Origin: Takakia lepidozioides | Lineage: Eukaryota > Plantae > Bryophyta | Assembly (NCBI GenBank): GCA_030704615.1 | Contig: CM060734.1 | Location: 49,352,001 to 49,416,000, forward strand | Direction: 5' to 3' | Length of the DNA: 64,000 nt | In this document: positions 1-11,390 of the stretch, in pieces | Position numbering within the stretch: position 1 is the first letter of the stretch | How the letters are laid out: each line of letters starts with the position of its first letter | The notes under the pieces: model-generated | Told to the model about the DNA's origin: nothing | Seen by the model: the letters and a program-made list of their open reading frames with translations, nothing else | Database searches by the model: none | Translations under genes and position numbers: made by a program

Positions 1-1170
1 TACAGGTCTGCTCTTCTGTTTGGTATGAGAAATACTCAGATGGGCCTATCTTTCCCACCATTGCTTCAGAATTGAGTGACCAAATGCATGTAGTCTTGAA
101 CCCCTTTAATGCAATGGTGTGGGGGGTTAGCCGCTTCTTCAAGGCAAGTGAGACCCAGTGGGCCAGATCTTCTTTGAGAGCTCCGCTCCCCTTCTGAGCC
201 ATGGTCCATACATCTTTGTACTTCCGGAAAACTGTCTTGAATGGCTTGAACACAGCCACTGTATCAAGAGGCCGGAGTGCATGCAGGGAAGTGTGGGAAG
301 GACGTGTAATCACGTCCAATCACGACTACTGCTCTAGCTTGTTTGACAACATCTATAATGAGATGTGAGATCAGCAAGCGCATATTTGTGACTGAGATCT
401 CATTGCCCATTGTCTTTGTTGATTCCAAGAAATATGACATCCATTTGTGAAATAATATTGTTGTCATCCATGCCTTCCTTTGCATTGCCGTTGTAGCACC
501 AAACTCGCATTTGTGAATGTAATTGCGACGAAATCTTTTACCTTTGAAAATATAGAAGTTGGGAATGTAGCTTTCTGCAACATTCATGCAGGTGAGGACA
601 CTCAACCATTCGCGTTGATCTGGCATTATCATCACAATTCCAGATCCTCTTAGCCCCATAGTTATGTTTGTTATACATTTCTGTCAGCTTTGCATAGAAT
701 GTTTGAACATTTTCATTGTTGGCCCTTCCACTCTCAAGTCCTTGAATTACTCTTTAAACTTAGGTGTAACCATCCCCACGATCAACACCTGCCATGGCTC
801 CTTGGAGCTACACATCAGTCTAGTTCCCGTTTTTACGTGGACATGGTTCTCTTCTTGGCCGCCCCCCTTCCTAGCAGGAACTTCTTCATTACTCTCCACA
901 TTGAAATCAATTGGATCTCATGATGGTCCTCTTGTTGGATGTGTGATCACCACTTCAGGTAAAAACTCTTATGTAAATCCATGACCGACTTGAAATTCAA
1001 CATCAGAATCCTGCCCTTCATCCCATTGATATTTCTGGTCAGCCTCATTCTCACTTTGACTGCCCTCATTTGCATGTTCATAACGTTCATTGTATGCATG
1101 ATCATAGTCACTTGAATGGCTGTCAATATCTACTCTATTGCTACTCTCATCTACCTGAGCGTCTGGCAGT
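1..1170 (-). pseudogene. Decayed pogo/Tc5-like (DDE_1) transposase remnant, running off the left window edge
   Basis: ORF 264..659 has REWLSVLTCMNVAESYIPNFYIFKGKR...AWMTTILFHKW, typical of DDE_1 transposases. After frameshifts it continues through a decayed LPxHTSHxLQPLD region and VFKPFKTVFRKY. An HTH_psq-like remnant (LQGAMAGVDRG) lies near 780-830 and an acidic N-terminal tract near 1000-1160. Frameshifts and stops present; no TIR identified. Confidence 0.75.
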
Positions 1171-2310
1171 AATCGGAAAGCTAAGGAAGGCCTAAAACTT
1201 GGTCCACAACTACTGCAGCAAACACACTTCCCCCCTCCGAACTGAATCCTAGCAACTAAACTAGCAACTATCTTAAGTCTGCACTAAGCCTAAACTGATC
1301 CATAAATCATCTCTAATCTACACTGCCCCCTCATGGATTGTGCATTGCAGTTAGCGAGATATGTGTATCGTAGTCTTTCATATAGTTGCAACGCGAGTTT
1401 CAAATGCCCCCCTATGAATTTCAAATGGGCCACCTATGAATTCGAATGTGAGCAGCCGCCCAATACTAAATGAAATTTACATCGCCGCAAATCTGACCAC
1501 TTGGGCCTTCATACAACGTTAATTACGTTAATAACGTATGTACACCAAATCCTCAGCTTTATTAAGATGCTGCCCTAATCAAAATACACATGTTACAGGA
1601 TTATGTACGCGTATGGTCACGTAACAAATCGATATGTAGAGGAGGCTGCCCTAAGTGCATCCAATTTAGCCCAGTGAATACAATGTCACCATTTAAGGGG
1701 TGTATGAACTAGTGTTATACTTGTATCATATTTTTTTAATACCAATGGGTTAATGGTATTGGGTAAGAGCTCGATAGTCATACCAATAGGTTACTGATAT
1801 CAGATTATACTAAAAATCAATTGGCTGGTCTGGTATATATAATTGTATTAGATTATAGGTTTCACCGGTATGTTATGCAATATTCTTTTTGTGACACTAG
1901 CCTGATATATGCCAGGGTCTATGATCACCTTTATTAGGTATTAATAATAATATTAAATGCATTAAAATGTATAACCTCAATTAATTTAGGTTGCAAAAAA
2001 CTTATCTCTCGTCACATTCCCCACCATACACCCCAGACCTGCCTAAGTTTGCATTCCACCTCCTCAACAATGGTAGGGGGTTGGTATCGCGAACTTTTAT
2101 ACTAGCTAGTCTAGTTTCACATGGGTTTTTTACAAACACATACTGGGGGCAACTAGGGTATCGAGGGGTGTTGCCTGAGCGTTACCCACCCTAAGTAGGG
2201 TATCAGAGACCATTCCACATACCCTACTATATACCCACCTTAACCCTCTATACCAGTAACAACACTGGTATGAACGAGTGTTGGGCGGTTCTTGCCTTTG
2301 TGAAGGAGCC

Positions 2311-2482
2311 TTCGGTTCCGGTTCCACAAATTTTTGAAGAGACGGTTCCGGATCCGGATCCGGTTATTTTTTATTAAGGCGGTTCCGGTCCGGTTCAGGT
2401 TCTGACTTTTTAACATGGGGGCGGTTCCGGTTACCGGTTAGTTGCTGGAAAAAAAACGCCGGTTCCCGGTTAGGTTCCGGTT
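2311..2482. repeat. hAT left subterminal repeats (CCGGTT/CGGTTC motifs)
   Basis: More than ten TCCGGTT-type motifs clustered just inside the left TIR, resembling subterminal transposase-binding sites of hAT elements. Confidence 0.85.
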
Positions 2483-3008
2483 CTTTTTTAAAAATATATT
2501 AAATTCTTTTAATTTTTTATTCTTCTAGAAAATTAGATGAACTAATCTGATTGGTCATACTGAGAATTTTCAACTAAAACCAGGGAATTTATTAGTAAAA
2601 CAGAAGTAAATAAACTTATATGTTTTTTGTGATTGTCTTTTATGATATATATAACTAGTTATATACGCATGGTCTCCATTAAAAACGGAAAACCAGAGAT
2701 TTTATAAGTTGTTGTACGGTGTAGCAAAGAACAACTAAAACAGACTAACTACATAAGGATCTTAATTCAAAATACAAAACAAATTAAACATGTGTAATTC
2801 TATGGTTACCTTTTATGGTGCAGCAAAAGCACAACTAAAAAAAACTACATAAATTTGTGTTTTATGGATGATGCTTTGTCAATATAGCATACAACAAACT
2901 AAGTACACGGGATGTCACTGAAATTTTCAATAAAAATGACAAATAAACAAACTCCAATCAAAGGAGTATAGTGTAATATGTTGAACAATTATTTGTCTCT
3001 AAGACAAA

Positions 3009-5381
3009 TCAGTCTACCTCAAAGAGGTTTGCCTCTGCAATCAAGTCCTCATTCTCATCTAAGATGACTTCTTCCCTATCCAAAAACTCTTTCATGGAAG
3101 TACTAAAGCAACCAACTCTAGCATCATTTGGCCAATTCTTGACTACACTCACAAGCATATCAAGGTTTTCAATATTTAACCTGCACCGTCTCAAGTTTGT
3201 TATGACACCTGCAATACTAAAAACCCTCTCAGCTTCAATCTGAGATCCAACTATGCCCAAAATTAGCCGTGCCAAAAATCCCACATACGGAAAGAGAGAC
3301 TCGTGTTCTTTCCACCATTTCAAAGGAGCCACGCACTCACCTTCATTTATCTTCGTCCTTCTGAAATGTGATAGTTGTTCTCTCACCACTGTCAATGTCA
3401 TGTCTTCATTGTGGTCATGCACACCAAATAAGGACATCTCGTCCATTGTGGCAGTGGGCTGTGATTGGGCCGAAGTATCCGGATGTAAGACCTTGAAACA
3501 CTTTACCAAAAGAGGCTCTAACACCATACTATCATATTGGGACACAATATGCAAAGCACGCTCTTTGCCCACATATTGTGATACCAATGACAACCCCTTG
3601 TAACGTGGGTCAAGCATAAGCGCGAGCATATTGTGAGCTTTGCGCGATTGAAACCCTTCCAAAAAAGAAAGAAATGGTTCCAAGACATATACCACCTCTC
3701 GAGCCATCCGCCATTCCAACAATGTCAACTCTGTTGAGAAATCCCCCATGCAATGATCCACAGTTGCAGCCCCCCAACACTACTTCCTCGCATGCGAATT
3801 GTTGTGGCAATGGCTGCATTAAGAGCATCGGACAACAGCCAAAATCCCCCAGATTGATTCATAATGCACTCATGAACCACAGGCCCTAGAACTGTAGAAA
3901 TTGATTGGGCAATGGCCCACACTTGTGGACTTGGTATGCGAGATTGCAGTGCCAATGAGGTTTGCCTAGAGTAACAAGTGATTATGGCTTGCCTAAACTC
4001 CAAAGTCTCTTGGAAGAGGATCACCTTGGAAGCAAACCGTGTCTTCACCGGAGTCTTCAGTTTGCGGGGATGAATGCCGCTGTCCACACATGCCTTTGCC
4101 CATTCTTGTCTCCCTTTGCCACTTTTTTTGGTCAAAGTAATGGTTTTTTGCAACTCTGATTGGGCATTTTTTATAGAAACCGATCTCATATCTGCGCATA
4201 CTTTTGCATCATTTGTTGCATACTGGCAACACTTGGACATTGCATGCCCAAAACAGCTACCCACAAATGAGAATCCAACCCCAAACACGCACATGAGACC
4301 ACCGAATTCAAAGCATTGGTCAAAGTGGCCAAGTTACCTCTCTCATCTTTGACGTAAGCAATAATGCGAGTATTGAGGCCATACTTCACAAGAAGATTGT
4401 TGACTTGATGTGCCATGGCAGCCCCAGATGTGTCAGGTGTCTCAAACATGCCAAGAGTCACATGACATTGCTCCCTTTGTTGATTAATAAAGTGCGTTAT
4501 GATGACAAAAGTGTCAGTTCCCCCTCTTGACATCCACAAATCAAAACTCACGGAGCAAGTAGCACAACTTTGAAGAGATGGGGACATGTAGCGCTCTTTC
4601 GTCTTCTCTGCCAAGATTGAAATGACCTCATTCACAAATGTCCGTCGAGAAGGGAAAACAATCCGAGGATTTTGCCTCAACACCATCCTTCTTAGCCAAG
4701 GGGATTCTACCAAAGACAGTGGAACCAACTCCTTTGCAATGAATAAGACTAAATACTCATTGAACTGCTTATGTTGATCATCATTTTGGTTGTATGGAGT
4801 GGGGCTCCTAAAAAAAGAAGCTATGTTTCCAGGAGTGGGGCCGGGCCTCTTTTTGGCTGGCCTACGGGCCTTCTCAGGTCCAAGATTTTCCCTCTCAATC
4901 CACCTACGCAAAACAATGTCATGTTCTTGATCCACATGCTTTCGAAGGGCAGAGATACCATTGGTTTTATTATAGGTCACAATGCCCTTCTTGCTTTCAG
5001 GAGTGACACCAACAGGATGACATAGAACACACCTCATTTGTTGTGGATTTGTTATGTCCACTGGAGCAGAGTCTTTTGTTGCATAGAATGCCCATGTCGA
5101 AGCAGTGCGATTGTGGGGCTTCCAAAAATCCCGTTGTTTGTCAAGTACTGGGAGCTGCGCCTCCACATCCAACACCGTGTGTGATGGCGAAACTGTGGAA
5201 GATGACATTGCAGCCGAGGCTTGATGAGCTGATGTAAATGAGGCTTCATGATGAGCATCCTCCGCAACATGGCACTCCACCAAAGCTCTCTCATTATCAA
5301 CATTCATGTCAAGAACAACTTCCCTTTCTAGTTCATCGAAAATATTGGGCTCCATGACATAAAAAGCTTGTGGAACAACTC
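3009..5381 (-). pseudogene. hAT transposase with BED zinc finger and hATC dimerisation domain, broken by two frameshifts
   Basis: Three overlapping ORFs (4186..5487, 3725..4294, 3009..3761). Motifs: BED finger (WAFY...CVLC...ALRKHVDQEH), SFDLWMS (first catalytic D), CFGH, KTRF, and PLKWWKEHESLFPYVGFLARLILGIVGSQIEAERVFS (hATC). Splice acceptor TTTACACAG at 5382. Confidence 0.92.
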
Positions 5382-5501
5382 CTGTGTAAAAACAATGCAA
5401 ACAAAGAATCCAAAAGGCATTTAATAATTGTGCACAACTCATATATTTACAACTAAAAATGTAAACAACTAAAAAAATAAAGCTCAATGAAAGGGAGTTA
5501 C

Positions 5502-8500
5502 AGGCGGGTAATGGTGGCTGGTTGGCAGGTCCCTCCCTACTTTGGGCTCCCTCCCTCTCATGCAGAATCTGCTATAACAGAAGCCAAAGGGGCTATCTCA
5601 TCAACCCCCAATTGTATCAAGAATTAAAAAAATTTAAAGAAAGGGAAGATACTTACCAGTGATGATCAATGTGGGCTGGTTGGCGGGCCCCTCTTTGCTT
5701 GTGCTCCCTCCAATATAAAATCTACCATAGTGGAGCAAGGGCTATCAGCCCCTTGGTATATCATCAAAGAAAACAGGAAAAAAAAAAAGAAAAAAAGAAT
5801 GATGATCAATGATTATCATGGACCAAGGGGCCTGGTTGCAGGTGGGCCCTCCTTGCTCGTCCTCCTAAACTTGTGCACCACATGCCATAGCAGAAAAGGA
5901 GGAAGCTGATTAGCTTCATGGTGAACTAAAGCTAAAAACAGTAAAATAACCAAAAGTGGTGGATGCTTACCAACGTCACTAACTCTACTTGCTACAGCAT
6001 TGACATCCACTCGATTGCTTAGATCATTCTCTTTTGAAAAGCCCTCTTCAGTAGCTGAACACACTTGGAGACGACTGGATGACTAAATCACTGACAACCA
6101 AGACCAAGTTGACTTTCAAGTGAAGACAGCCAGAATGCAGTGCCACGTGGAGTAGCCAGAAACTATGAACGAGAGAGCCCCTGAAGGAGAGGATGGAAGA
6201 GACGGGGGGATGGCTGCTCACATACCTCCTCTCGCCAGTCAACATTGTTCAAGATTCCCTGACACACAGCGAAAAGAGGAACACCCTCGTACAAAACTTG
6301 CATAAGCACCTTATTCAGCTCCACCTGCAGCTATCCTACCATCCCACAATACAACTTCTTGGAAATGAACAGTGCGGAGACCCCTCACAACAGGGTGAAA
6401 ATCAATTCTGCCAATACAATAACCCACAGAATGGTGAACAAAAGAAAAGGGGGTTACCTCACTCGCTGCAAAACCTAGGTAAATCTGGAAGGAGCTCACT
6501 GAGTGCCCGTGGTTCAAACACATTTCCCGAAAGTATGTGTGCACCTGCCACATATACAGGAACAGTCAGGCGCCGAGGTTCTGTATAAATCTCTGTTGCA
6601 CGATGAACAACATTGATCATGGCAATAGACACTGAGGCAAGGAAGCAACCTACTGTCATTACGCCCCAACCAACTTGCTATCCATTATGTGCTGCAAAAG
6701 TACAGATTGGTCATACAAAGCTAGCCTGGCTGTCATCCAGATTGTACAACTAAGCACCGTACAAGAGAGGGGCAGAAGCTGACCTCTTTCTGGGTTAATT
6801 CTTCTCGGTTGGTCTGAATTCATCTAGATTATGTAGCTAGCACAGAAGCGAAGAAGTGGCAAATTTGTTGACCAAAACCTGTAGAATCTATCTCACTGTA
6901 CAACCGATTTGATCTTCGGGGAGCAGCAGCAGTTGTTGGTCTATTTCTTCGCTGCTCCAATATATTGTCCAGGTGACTCGATGTGGGCCATTCTGCACTT
7001 GCGCTGTCTGAGTCAATACACTTGTCTTGCTGCTCGCTCTAGATAAGCAAATTACTCATAGGGCCCTCGTTCTGAACAGCACATGGGTAAGCGCATTGAT
7101 CTTTCGTGTTATGATGCAGGGGCATGCTCTCCGAGGTGGGATTAATCAGAACAGGAAGGTGAAGAGGGACAGGGAGGGGGTTCTGGAAGGCTAAGCTGCA
7201 GCATCAACTTGCACTGGCCTATTAACCAGGATTAGCCATGCCAGACACAGACCCTGCCTGCAGGGGGGCCTTTCCCTCAGAGAGGGCGTACCTCACGCTG
7301 GTGAAGCCACGAGAGAAACAAGAGATTGTACTCATAAGACGTTGTTTGCCGTAGCCTTGTGGCCATTGACCCCGCGCCCAGTTTGAGCGGGAACAAAAGG
7401 AACAGAACCTACCTCCGTCAGGGGCTGACGTTGGTAGTAAGACTTACCATCGTATAAGGAATTAATCCGGGTTTTCCAGATATCCTCTAGAAAACCCTTC
7501 ACACAAGCATCAATCTGCTGTGTGTGATTTGCCCAAAAACTAGGCCTCAGGAGGGCCTGGGCTTTTGGCTCAGCCTCGAGACTTTCAAAGTTGGTAAACA
7601 GGGGTACAGGCACAATTCCCTTGATAAAATTGAAGAGAGCCTCTCTTTGGTGAGAGAACCCCGGACAGCGTATCAGAAAATGAATACTGTCTTCAGATTG
7701 CCCACAGAACGGACAATTGCACTCTCCCTTTCCTCTCTGCTTCTGTTTGCTGTTCAAAGGTAGGCTTCCTGCCCTGAGTTTAAATTTCAGTCTAGTGCCG
7801 AGAGTGGGTAGACCCTTGAGGTCATCCAAGATGTCCACCCCCATGTCACTGACTGGAAACAAGTTCAGGGAAGTTCTCTGCCTAACTTCATTTTCATCAG
7901 ACAATCTCATGGCAACAGACATGGCCTCAGACACTACAGCCTCTAAGGCAGATATATCCAACAGGGTCAAGACTTGCGGATCCAGATCCAGGTCCTTGAG
8001 AATCTTTTCTACTCTCTTCTGCCAGGACTTAGCCTGTTTGACAGGGCGGTCTTGTTTCCAAGATATAGAGTCGATCAACTTAGGATATCTGGTGTTGGGC
8101 ATATGTTGCAGCTGACCCCACCATCTGACCTTGAATTCATCTCGTCGGGAGCTTAAGGATGGAATGCCAAACTCACCCCGAACAGCCACATTGGCTGTTT
8201 TGGAGCATGCTGACATACACTCCTTAAGCACCCCCACTTGAATGGATTCTAGAGACTTAGCCTGGTTGGAGTTATCAACCCATATAGCAGATCCGTACTC
8301 CAAGGCAGGTCTAATAACGCGACAAAGCATGGTTTTCTTAACCTCAGAGGTGACCCCTCTGCAGTGGAAAAATTTAGTGAGCCCCAGAGCTTTGCCCTTG
8401 CCAGTTTGAACAACTTTCCGGATATGTGCATCCTAACTACAAACGGAGGAAAACTCAACGCCCAGGTAAGTGTAGGAAGGGAGGACCGGAATCTCTTGGC

Positions 8501-9170
8501 TACCCCACTGCCACAAGATCACTTCCTCCCTCTCCTCTGTCGTTGAATGCTACCACTGCACATTTGCTGACATCCAGGAAAAAAACATAAGTGGGTTTCC
8601 CTTCTTTTTTCCTTCCCTGAATAATCTGGCTTAGAGTGAAGATATGATCCACACAGCCCCTGTTTCGCCGAAAGCCGAGAGAAACAAGCCGAGAGAAACA
8701 AGAGAAAAGAGAAGAGAGAGAAGGTAAGCTGCGAGAGAGGAGGGAGAAACTAAGGAGGCCAACCACTAGAGGGCCTGTAGGATACGGTAGAACTTGAACC
8801 AAAACCAGCACTGTTTTAGGGGGTGTGGGAGCCAAGGAGCTCACGAGAGAGAGGAAAGAGACTGGTGTGTGCATTTGTGTCTTAGGGTGCGGAAAACCTC
8901 ATGTAAAGAATCCGTTTATCCTCATAAGAAATTGCCCTTGCATTCACTCCATACATATATGCATCGTGAAAATGGAGGAGAGAGACTGAATGAGAAGTTA
9001 TATACGCTTCGAGACAGTCTGAGCAGAAGTATTACCCGGCGCTGTTCTGGCACTCTCCCCGCCATGCCTTCGTTCCGTTTTCCTTTGCTTCTTCCTGAAT
9101 CCGGTCGAGTTGAATCACGACCCCACCAATGTATTGCACAACACAAGCGTCCGACACGGATTCTCTCCTA
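5502..9170 (-). other. Chain of putative GT-AG exons of unknown origin inside the hAT, upstream of the transposase
   Basis: Exon-like blocks with canonical splice sites include ~6542-6459 (VHTYFREMCLNHGHSVSSFQIYLGFAASE), ~6325-6227 (VELNKVLMQVLYEGVPLFAVCQGILNNVDWREE), one ending at ~5971 (EEGFSKENDLSNRVDVNAVASRVSDV), mini-exons at ~5722-5657 and 5568-5502, and further blocks at ~7072-6784 and ~9180-9035. Some contain stops. Confidence 0.55.
7326..8676 (-). mobile_element. 5'-truncated, internally deleted LINE (family A; RT plus C-terminal CCHC; RTE-X-like by inference) nested in the hAT
   Basis: RT motifs GFRRNRGCVDHIFTL...YVFFLDVSK, YTYLGV and RPALEYGSAIW, plus [19 protein letters not shown] 16-bp TSD CGAGAGAAACAAGAGA lies at 7310-7325 and 8690-8705. 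Confidence 0.9.
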
Positions 9171-9510
9171 AGCTGCTTCTACCAGAATCCACATTACTGT
9201 AATTAGGCATACAGCGTGAAACATATCATACTCCCGCTCTCCCCTTCCCTGCCTTGTTTCTCCTGAAACAAAGTAGAAACGTTGTGACCCAAACAAATCA
9301 CACGCCCCTCCCACACTTCCATCTCTCCCCTGTCCGATCCTTCAACGCAGACGCATGCTACAAAGCCCGAATTCACAATGAGATGGAGATGGCAAGCCAA
9401 TGATGTGGCCTTCTGGGTCTATTGCAGCATTACGGCGTGGCCGATTACCTTCCGCTTCGCCGCATCATGAACCGCGCACGTAGAGGCACTTAGGGCTACA
9501 GCCCAGGGGT

Positions 9511-9700
9511 GGAACCGGAACCGGAACCGGAACCCTAAACCCCAAACCCGGTTCCCACACATGTGGTCGTAGCTGGAACCGCCGGTTCCGGTTCCCACAC
9601 AATCCTGGATTTCCGGTTCCGGTTCCGGTTCCGGTTCTGCGCAGGCGGGTCCGGTTCTGGTCCGGTTCCACATAACCGGAACCGGAACTGGCGGTTACCC
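9511..9700. repeat. hAT right subterminal repeats ((GGAACC)n / (CCGGTT)n)
   Basis: Tandem AACCGG and CCGGTT hexamers in both orientations immediately inside the right TIR. Confidence 0.88.
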
Positions 9701-10397
9701 GGCCCCCCAACACTGGTATGAACCCACTTTACAGCCCAATCTCCATTTCAAGACCAGCTCACATTTGGGTGTGACTACCTTAACCCCTATACATGATAAA
9801 CATATTACCCTATAGGCGTAAGATTTTCTCAAGATATGCTCATACGATGTTTGGATTCAAGCTATATCATTTCTCAATGCGAAATCTGCCGCCACTCATG
9901 TTTGTGACTATATCACAAAAGGTGTCTCAATGCGATACCTTGTTGGCGCCGCTGGGTTTCTGGCTAGGGTTTCATTGGTTGATTTCATTTCTCAAATATG
10001 CGAAATCCACCGCCTCTCATGTTTGTGGCTACATCACCAAAGGTTTCTCAATGCAAAACCCCGCTGCCGCCGCTGCTATATGTTTAGGGTTTCTGGCTAT
10101 GGTTTTGTTGTGCGAAATTCTGGTTGAATTAGGATTTCTATATGTTGTTTTTAGTTTTTCGTTTGAAGACGGTGAACCACACATGATAGGTTCAATTTAG
10201 AATGATTCTCCTAGTATATAATATGTTTTGGCTTACAAGTAATGATTTGGAATGTATGGAATGTTCATAAATGTATAGATAGATGTTTTGGCAGGGATGT
10301 TTTGGCTTAGATTTTGCAGGGTGCCTCCTTCAACATAAGTCTCCTTTGTACCAAACACTTGAGGGTTGAAATGTGCCAAATTCTTTGAACTGTTAAA

Positions 10398-10740
10398 TTG
10401 ATAGGGATGTTGAATGAGGCACCTGGGCAACGCAATGAAGTCATCACATGCTATGTACAAGAATGCATTGTCATTAGATGCTGGACATGTAGACAGCAAG
10501 TGAGATTGGGTGCAGGACAGTGTCAGCGAGCAGGCAGGGAGCTAGGCAGTCCAGTGGCATGCAGTTATGTCGCGAAGGCATTTCAAGCTGAGCTCACCCA
10601 TGGGGGGCCAATTCCACATGGGGTTACGTATTGCATAAAGCAGAGGGCCATGCCTGTGAATCTGCGGAGTGTTTTGAAGCTGCAATACTGCAACTTCAGC
10701 TCCATTACACGAGCTTTACTGTTCAGCGCTGGTTTAGGGA
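10398..10740 (+). pseudogene. Isolated, frameshifted C-terminal TPR exon resembling NPG1/NPGR calmodulin-binding TPR proteins
   Basis: Joining frames gives GMLNEAPGQRNEVITC / YKNALSLDAGHVDSK / VRLGA...PVACSYVAKAFQAELTH / HKAEGHACESAECFEAAI. This parallels, from memory, the NPG-family C-terminus (LYEAKG...NALDIDPTHVPS...LYKAEG...EAAECFEAA). Preceded by acceptor-like TTGATAG. Confidence 0.65.
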
Positions 10741-10759
10741 ACTACTCAGTGGCATGAAA

Positions 10760-11390
10760 GAGAAATGAAATGAAATGGTGCTTTATAACGTCCGCGGAAA
10801 GCTCATAGAGCTTATGGGACAGAATGGAAGAAAGAACAAGAGAGAGGAAAGAAAACCAGAACCCAAGAATAAGAACTAATGTTCTAGTGATTGTCTAAGG
10901 GTGAAGGCCTCGTGCAGGTAAGCTGCCAAGCATTTCTGATCCTCATAGTGGACGACTAGATTGGGTTCCACTGAATAGACAGTGGAATCTCCCACGGATC
11001 TCGTAGTATAGAGGGCAGTAGAAGAAGAAGAAGTGTTCTTCAGTTTCAATTTCCTGGCTGCGCCCCATGCAAGCTGGACATAGGCGGTCCTCTCGTTGCA
11101 GGTTTTCCCATCTTCCAGTCTCTATCCGTAGGTTGTGGGAACCCACCCTGGACCGCCCCAATGCCCTCAGGAGGGAAGGAGAAAGGGAAGCAAGAAACAC
11201 AGAGTGAAGCCAGTTTCGATACAACGGTTGGGCCTATTGCATGCTGGGGATAGCCGGTCTTCTGGCTGCAAGTTTTCGCATCTACCAGTCTGTACACGTA
11301 AACCGTGGGAGCCCACCCTGAATCGCCCCAATGCCCTCAGAAGAGAGAAAAAGGAAGGAAGGGGGATGGACGAAGTAGAACAATTCAAGA
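10760..11390 (-). mobile_element. 3' fragment of a second LINE (family B) with (CATTT)n tail and an internal tandem duplication
   Basis: RVGSHNLRIETGRW...RLCPAC...[18 protein letters not shown] is a LINE ORF2 C-terminal CCHC region. The + strand shows an AAATGAAATGAAATGG tail. The LLRALGR.RVGSH block occurs twice, about 170 bp apart. Confidence 0.85.

Larger units (their letters stand above)
2276..9715 (-). mobile_element. Full-length hAT-superfamily DNA transposon (7.44 kb)
   Basis: Termini GAGTGTTGGG (2276) and CCCAACACTG (9715) are inverted repeats. An exact 8-bp TSD GTATGAAC lies at 2268-2275 and 9716-9723. Both ends carry CCGGTT subterminal arrays, and a hAT transposase lies inside. Confidence 0.95.

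Noticed and set aside
9419-9713. ORFs with PEPEPE / GTGTGT repeats
   Set aside because: Translations of the hAT subterminal hexamer repeats, not genes.
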